A stretch of DNA of 63,668 bases, counting the filler, from Reclinomonas americana ATCC 50394 (taxonomy: Eukaryota): the NCBI GenBank assembly GCA_048213135.1. It is 16 parts of 16 records of this genome, joined end to end, with 100 filler letters (N's around TTAATTAATTAA, not from the genome) between each part and the next. Parts side by side here need not be neighbours in the genome. Positions count along the whole stretch, not along the records: positions 62,308 to 63,668 come from AFZH01021655.1; 15 more parts are not named here. One strand, given 5' to 3'. Each line of letters begins with the position of its first letter. Position 1 is the first letter of the stretch. Shown in pieces: positions 62,966 to 63,668 of the stretch. A program made the translations under genes and the position numbers. The notes under the pieces were generated by a model. It was not told the origin of the DNA. It did not search any database and was given only the letters and a program-made list of their open reading frames with translations.

Positions 62966-63137
62966 GGTGAGAGAGAAGCGCGCGGACTTTTGTGTCGCGT
63001 GTGTGATTGAGTGCGGATATTTGTTCCTCCCGCGCGAGCGGACACTTCGGAAATAACGGAGCTGCGGTACGGGTTTCCCGCGGAGAGAAACTGTGGTGTG
63101 GCGAACGCCGAGACGACTGCACATTCAGCCGTGTTAT

Positions 63138-63617
63138 TTATGATGGGTTGTGACGGCCTTCGCCTTTGTCGTCTTCGTCGTCGTCGTGGGGGAGGAGAGT
63201 GGCGGGTAAGTCGCCGAGGGAGGAGTGTAGTGGTTTTATGCGCGCCTGGAGGCGGCGCATGAGAAGGCGACCGTGTTCACCGGCGATGCTGACGCACTGG
63301 CGGGCGACAACCGAGACGGTGGGCGCGGAGGCCACGGCGATCTCGGCCGCCTTTACCAGCTCCATTTCGGCGGTCAGCTCCTCGAGGTGGTGCTCGAGAG
63401 CGAGGATGTGGCGGTTTTGTTTCACTAGGCGGCGGATCTGCTGGCACACAATGTCGCCCATGACCTCGCCATCGACAACTGCGCGGGATCCGGAGAGATG
63501 AGCTTATACATCGAGGTCGCAGTCGCACTCTCCGCAACACTTACATTGACGCTTGATGTCGTCCACCAGCGACAGAAGCTGCGGTCCGAGATATTCACTC
63601 TCGCTCTCCGGAAGCAC
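63138..63617 (-). CDS. 3' exons of a hypothetical protein with a coiled-coil segment
   Basis: VLPESESEYLGPQLLSLVDDIKRQ, then a GTAAGT..CAG intron, then VDGEVMGDIVCQQIRRLVKQNRHILALEHHLEELTAEMELVK. Confidence 0.55.
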
Positions 63618-63668
63618 CTGCGCGCGCCACCCACACACAAAGGTTACAACGATGGAGGACGACAACGC

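Noticed and set aside
976..63668. Alternative genetic code or stop-codon reassignment
   Set aside because: TAA, TAG and TGA all terminate conserved genes (derlin, SKI2, IDH), and apparent in-frame stops fall within introns.

Overview
This window is eukaryotic, GC-rich and intron-dense, probably from a flagellated protist (inferred from MAPK15/ERK7 and WDR31). It is a draft scaffold of 16 contig pieces joined by 15 artificial 100-nt N/TTAATTAATTAA/N spacers. Several genes continue across these spacers, so contig order appears real. Most entries in the ORF track are spurious; the genes below were spliced by hand. In order: derlin; two tandem copies of a large secreted NHL/FN3-like/cadherin-like/IPT/PAN protein; NADP-IDH; a Dabb-barrel gene missed by the ORF track; gamma-glutamyl hydrolase; an FN3/IPT surface protein head-to-head with a TMEM260 O-mannosyltransferase; a His/Pro-rich protein; a large disordered protein; MAPK15; WDR31; Vps68/TMEM50; a triplicated SKI2/WD40 block with intronless Cys-rich (F-box) genes at the repeat junctions; a TKL kinase possibly fused to a GPCR-like multi-TM domain; a 2OG-Fe(II) oxygenase; and two partial genes. 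The strongest novel signal is an abundant class of 5' splice sites shifted by one base (GTTGCGT, GTTGAGT, GTTGTGT) that coexists with ordinary GTGCGT/GTGAGT donors. Several of these are fixed by conserved protein motifs. The second is the SKI2-WD40 amplification, where the Cys-rich passenger genes are far more diverged than the pseudogenes around them. All family calls come from motif recognition by eye, not database searches.
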